From Lysobacterales bacterium (GTDB lineage: Bacteria > Pseudomonadota > Gammaproteobacteria > Xanthomonadales > S139-57), in NCBI GenBank assembly GCA_026993285.1, contig JALWTZ010000424.1, positions 1 to 36,019 of the forward strand: a stretch of DNA of 36,019 nt, read 5' to 3'. Positions 33,097 through 36,019 of the stretch are shown here, piece by piece (within the stretch, counting starts at the first letter, position 1; every line of letters starts with the position of its first letter). The position numbers and the translations under genes were made by a program. Under the pieces are notes generated by a model. The model was given only the letters and a program-made list of their open reading frames with translations, was not told where the DNA came from and searched no databases.

Positions 33097-35484
33097 TTAC
33101 TCCATGCTGTCTCGGAAAACGGGTATCCGCATCCAGATGGGGGAGGACCAGGCCCGTTCCTGAATGATTTTCTTGCTCTTGGTGCAGAAACAGGCGGCCA
33201 TGTCTTTTTCCGTCTGGGTCAGGGCGGAGGCGCTAACCGCGGGTGTGTCGCAGGGGTCCAGCCCCGCGTTGACAAAGGTGCTGCGGGTAATGCCGGGATT
33301 GGCCTGTTGCTGGGTTCTGCAGTAATCCACCGTCTTGTCGTTGGCGTTGCAGCAGCAGGCGGCACCCTTTTTCTGCGTGTCTGTCAGGTTGTTGCTGTCT
33401 TCAACCGTGGCCGCATCGCAGGGGTTGATGCCATTGGCGCTGAATATACTGCAATTCAGAGCGGCGAAATCCGCATTGCACTGCAACTGGCTCCAGCGGC
33501 AGGTGGGTTTTTCCAGCACGCGCACATAGTAGAACACCGATTCCACGGCATTGTTGGGGTCCGAGGCGGTGTTGTTGTAATCCGGGTCAGACCAGACTGT
33601 ACACAGTTCGTCGTTCCCCGAGCTGGTGATCAGAGGGCAGGTACTCAGGTCATAGCTGGTGACGCTGTCAGCACAGACGCCATTGGTGGGGGAGCTGCCA
33701 TCCGAGCAGATATCGTAGACTTTTTCATGGATGGTACCGTCAGGTGCCCGCCAGCCCTTGATGATCTGGATCCTGTCCAGATCCACGGTTTGAGAGGGGG
33801 CGCTGACATCCTGCTTGGCGTAAACGGCAATGCGTGGCACGGTATCAAAGGGAATTTCCACGGCCTGGCCCATGGGCACGCCCAGGGTAAAACCGTCGGT
33901 TAAATTGACCGTGGTACCCAGGTTCTGGCAAAAATCATTGGGGAATTCCGGGTCGGCGAACATGGCCAGGGTAATGCGCTTGCCACTGGTGGCGTAGGTG
34001 GTGCGGGCCTTGAGTGCATCGAAAATATCATCCCGGGTGTTGGCAGCGGCCCAGACCGCGGTCAGGCCGCCGGGGTTGTAGGGTTGAAAACTTTCCACTC
34101 CTGGCTTGGTGCCGTTCTGATCCAGCCGTTCCCAGCTTTCGTCATCGGCAGCTGCATGGTGACCGTGGTAGTTGTCTTCCAGGGTAAAACCCGGGGCGCT
34201 GATGTGGGTGTCCAGCGCGCCGACAAAGCCCATGGCAAAGGGGTTGACACCGATGTCACCTTCAACTTTCAAGCCATCTTCCAGGGCGTTGCGTACATAA
34301 TCCCGCGCCCAGACACAATCGCTGGCGGCGGTATCCACCCCTTCGGTACACAGGGGAACACATTCATCACTGTTGGTGCCATCACAGACGGGGCGTTGTT
34401 CCAGCTTCTCGAAATTGCATTGCTCATCCGTATTGCCCGCACCGGTATTGCATTCCGAATCCCCCTTGGTCTGCACAATTTCCACCAGTGGCTCGTTTTG
34501 TACTCGCGTATTGGCCCACTCCAACTGGCTCAGGCCACTGGAGCTGGAAGGCTGACTTTTGAAGGCTTCGCCATTGCTCAGGTTGGGGTTGTGTGGAATG
34601 GCTAGAAACTCGCAAGTACCGGTGCAATCGATGGCCAGCCGGTTCCACAGGCCTTCTGGGGTTTGTTCCTCGAAATAGGTGACAGGCAGTGCCGGAACGG
34701 TGGTATTCCGGAAAATGATGTTGCGATGCATCATGTTGTTGTCCGGCATGGCGGTCCATTCGTAGGCGATAAAAGTAGTGAAATTGCCAGGGTCGTTGTA
34801 GGCGTTGACCTTTTGCTGGATATGAGTCCAGACGGTATCGGCATCCGCGTTGCAGAAGCTGTTGTTGCTGCCACAAATGCTGCTGTTGCGGGTGGGAACG
34901 TTGTTGGGATCGGTTTCGGGGTTTTTTTGCAGTTCATCGCCCCAGGTTCCCAGTGCCAGTACATTGGTTAGCGTGCCGGATTCACTCTTGAATGTTTTGC
35001 AATCTGTGGCGTAATAACCTGTGTCATCGTTGGGATTGAGAGGCGTTCCATTTTTGTCTCCATCGATACCACTGCCCAGTATGTCGGTACATACTTCCAC
35101 CTCACCCAGATAATCGGCATGGTCGGTGATGGCCACAAAGTCCAGGGGCGCGAGCAGGGAAACATCAGTGGTCAGGAGGTTGCCACTTGAATCCTCGCCG
35201 TTGGAAATGGTCAATGTGCCGCCTCGGGCAAAACTCAGTGCCTGATCATAATCGTTGGAGCGGTTACCCAGGGAATAGGCATCAAAGGACAGGCGTGTAT
35301 GCACATGCAGGTCACCGAACAGGGGATAGGCCAGGTATTGTGTTGCACGGTTCTGTTTCCCGGCGGTTTCCGTGGATTCGGCTGCTGGCTGCTTCTGGCC
35401 GGTGTTTTCCCCGGGTGTGGCCTGAACAGGCAGGGAACACAGGCTGGCAAGCAGCAGGGCGAGGGCAGGTGGCAGTTTTTTCAT
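33097..35484 (-). CDS. secreted DUF3604-like protein (PHP-type metal-dependent phosphoesterase-like N-terminus)
   Basis: Signal peptide is MKKLPPALALLLASLCSLPVQA. FGDLHVHTRLSFDAY near the mature N-terminus and the C-terminal IQERAWSSPIW match the remembered DUF3604 pattern. It has a Cys-rich duplicated segment near the C-terminus. Confidence 0.7.
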   Translation of the reverse strand: MKKLPPALALLLASLCSLPVQATPGENTGQKQPAAESTETAGKQNRATQYLAYPLFGDLHVHTRLSFDAYSLGNRSNDYDQALSFARGGTLTISNGEDSSGNLLTTDVSLLAPLDFVAITDHADYLGEVEVCTDILGSGIDGDKNGTPLNPNDDTGYYATDCKTFKSESGTLTNVLALGTWGDELQKNPETDPNNVPTRNSSICGSNNSFCNADADTVWTHIQQKVNAYNDPGNFTTFIAYEWTAMPDNNMMHRNIIFRNTTVPALPVTYFEEQTPEGLWNRLAIDCTGTCEFLAIPHNPNLSNGEAFKSQPSSSSGLSQLEWANTRVQNEPLVEIVQTKGDSECNTGAGNTDEQCNFEKLEQRPVCDGTNSDECVPLCTEGVDTAASDCVWARDYVRNALEDGLKVEGDIGVNPFAMGFVGALDTHISAPGFTLEDNYHGHHAAADDESWERLDQNGTKPGVESFQPYNPGGLTAVWAAANTRDDIFDALKARTTYATSGKRITLAMFADPEFPNDFCQNLGTTVNLTDGFTLGVPMGQAVEIPFDTVPRIAVYAKQDVSAPSQTVDLDRIQIIKGWRAPDGTIHEKVYDICSDGSSPTNGVCADSVTSYDLSTCPLITSSGNDELCTVWSDPDYNNTASDPNNAVESVFYYVRVLEKPTCRWSQLQCNADFAALNCSIFSANGINPCDAATVEDSNNLTDTQKKGAACCCNANDKTVDYCRTQQQANPGITRSTFVNAGLDPCDTPAVSASALTQTEKDMAACFCTKSKKIIQERAWSSPIWMRIPVFRDSME

Positions 35485-35495
35485 GACGATACCTC

Positions 35496-36019
35496 TCAGA
35501 CGATTTGCAGCACGCGGGAAATGAACATCATCCCGGCCAGGCTACCCATGCCGTAGGGCAGCCAGCGGTTCCGCAATTGCAGGCGGTGGCGCTGGACCCA
35601 TGCCGCGCGTGCCAGGATGAGAATCAACAGAACAAAGAATACCTGGCCGGTTTCCACGCCCAGGTTGAACAACAGCAGCGCCACGGGAATATCCCCGGGC
35701 GGCAGACCGTGTTCGCTGAGCGCGCCGGCAAAGCCCAGCCCATGCACCAGGCCGAACAGGCCGGCGGCCAGCCAGGGTTTTTGCATGATCAGGCTGTCCG
35801 GGTTGTGGATCAGCAGTTCGCGCCCGACCATCAGCAGGCTGAGGGCGATGGCGGCCTCGGTGGGCGCGCTGGGCACATGGACCCACCCCAGAACGGCGGC
35901 TGTCAGTGTAATACTGTGTGCCACGGTGAAGGCGGTGATGGTCAGCAACAGGGTGCGCAGGCTGGAAACCAGTGCCAGCAGGCCCAGTACAAAAAGCAGA
36001 TGGTCGATGCCGGTGAGAA
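35496..36019 (-). CDS. HupE/UreJ-family membrane protein (partial, 5' end beyond the right edge)
   Basis: The reading frame stays open to the window edge (LTGIDHLLFVLGLLALVSSLRTL LLTITAFTVAHSITL...). The GIDHLLF and TVAHSITL motifs and multiple TM segments fit the HupE_UreJ_2-type family as remembered. The stop lies 11 nt before the DUF3604-like start. Confidence 0.7.
   Translation of the reverse strand, partial: LTGIDHLLFVLGLLALVSSLRTLLLTITAFTVAHSITLTAAVLGWVHVPSAPTEAAIALSLLMVGRELLIHNPDSLIMQKPWLAAGLFGLVHGLGFAGALSEHGLPPGDIPVALLLFNLGVETGQVFFVLLILILARAAWVQRHRLQLRNRWLPYGMGSLAGMMFISRVLQIV

Overview
This is 36 kb of a GC-rich Gram-negative chromosome, probably gammaproteobacterial judging by gene content and order. 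From about 13.5 kb to 36 kb the content is ordinary housekeeping: gltB-gltD, a TonB-like protein, a nudJ-mnmA-hflD operon with a coupled alpha/beta hydrolase, a pentaheme c-type cytochrome, sfsA, lolC/E-lolD, aguA-aguB, clpS-clpA, and a DUF3604-like protein downstream of a HupE/UreJ-like membrane protein. The first 13.5 kb is the unusual part. It holds four complete large Sec-exported fiber-like paralogs, plus the last 10 codons of a fifth at the left edge. Each has a conserved N-terminal module, YadA-head or tail-fibre-like 14-15-residue Gly/Asn repeats, a conserved neck, a variable stalk and a Gln-rich coiled-coil tail. The large-gene stop codons overlap (ATGA) the start of a highly conserved gene of about 86 aa for a secreted Gly-rich protein. 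That small gene is present as three intact copies, one frameshifted copy and one short relic. The paralogs are mosaic: long near-identical DNA blocks are shared in different combinations. Their head-repeat segments are strikingly AT-rich for this genome, and two of the four carry an extra module resembling the phage Peptidase_G2 autoproteolytic intramolecular-chaperone domain. A secreted acidic thrombospondin-type-3-like repeat protein, a DUF1853-like gene and ppk2 interrupt the array. That repeat protein ends with the same DSFE motif as the small partners. I see no phage structural genes, integrase, transposase, usher, autotransporter barrel, rRNA, tRNA or CRISPR array. My lead candidate for an undescribed system is the fiber plus small-partner module. 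All family assignments rest on motifs read by eye and remembered family signatures, and none comes from a database search.
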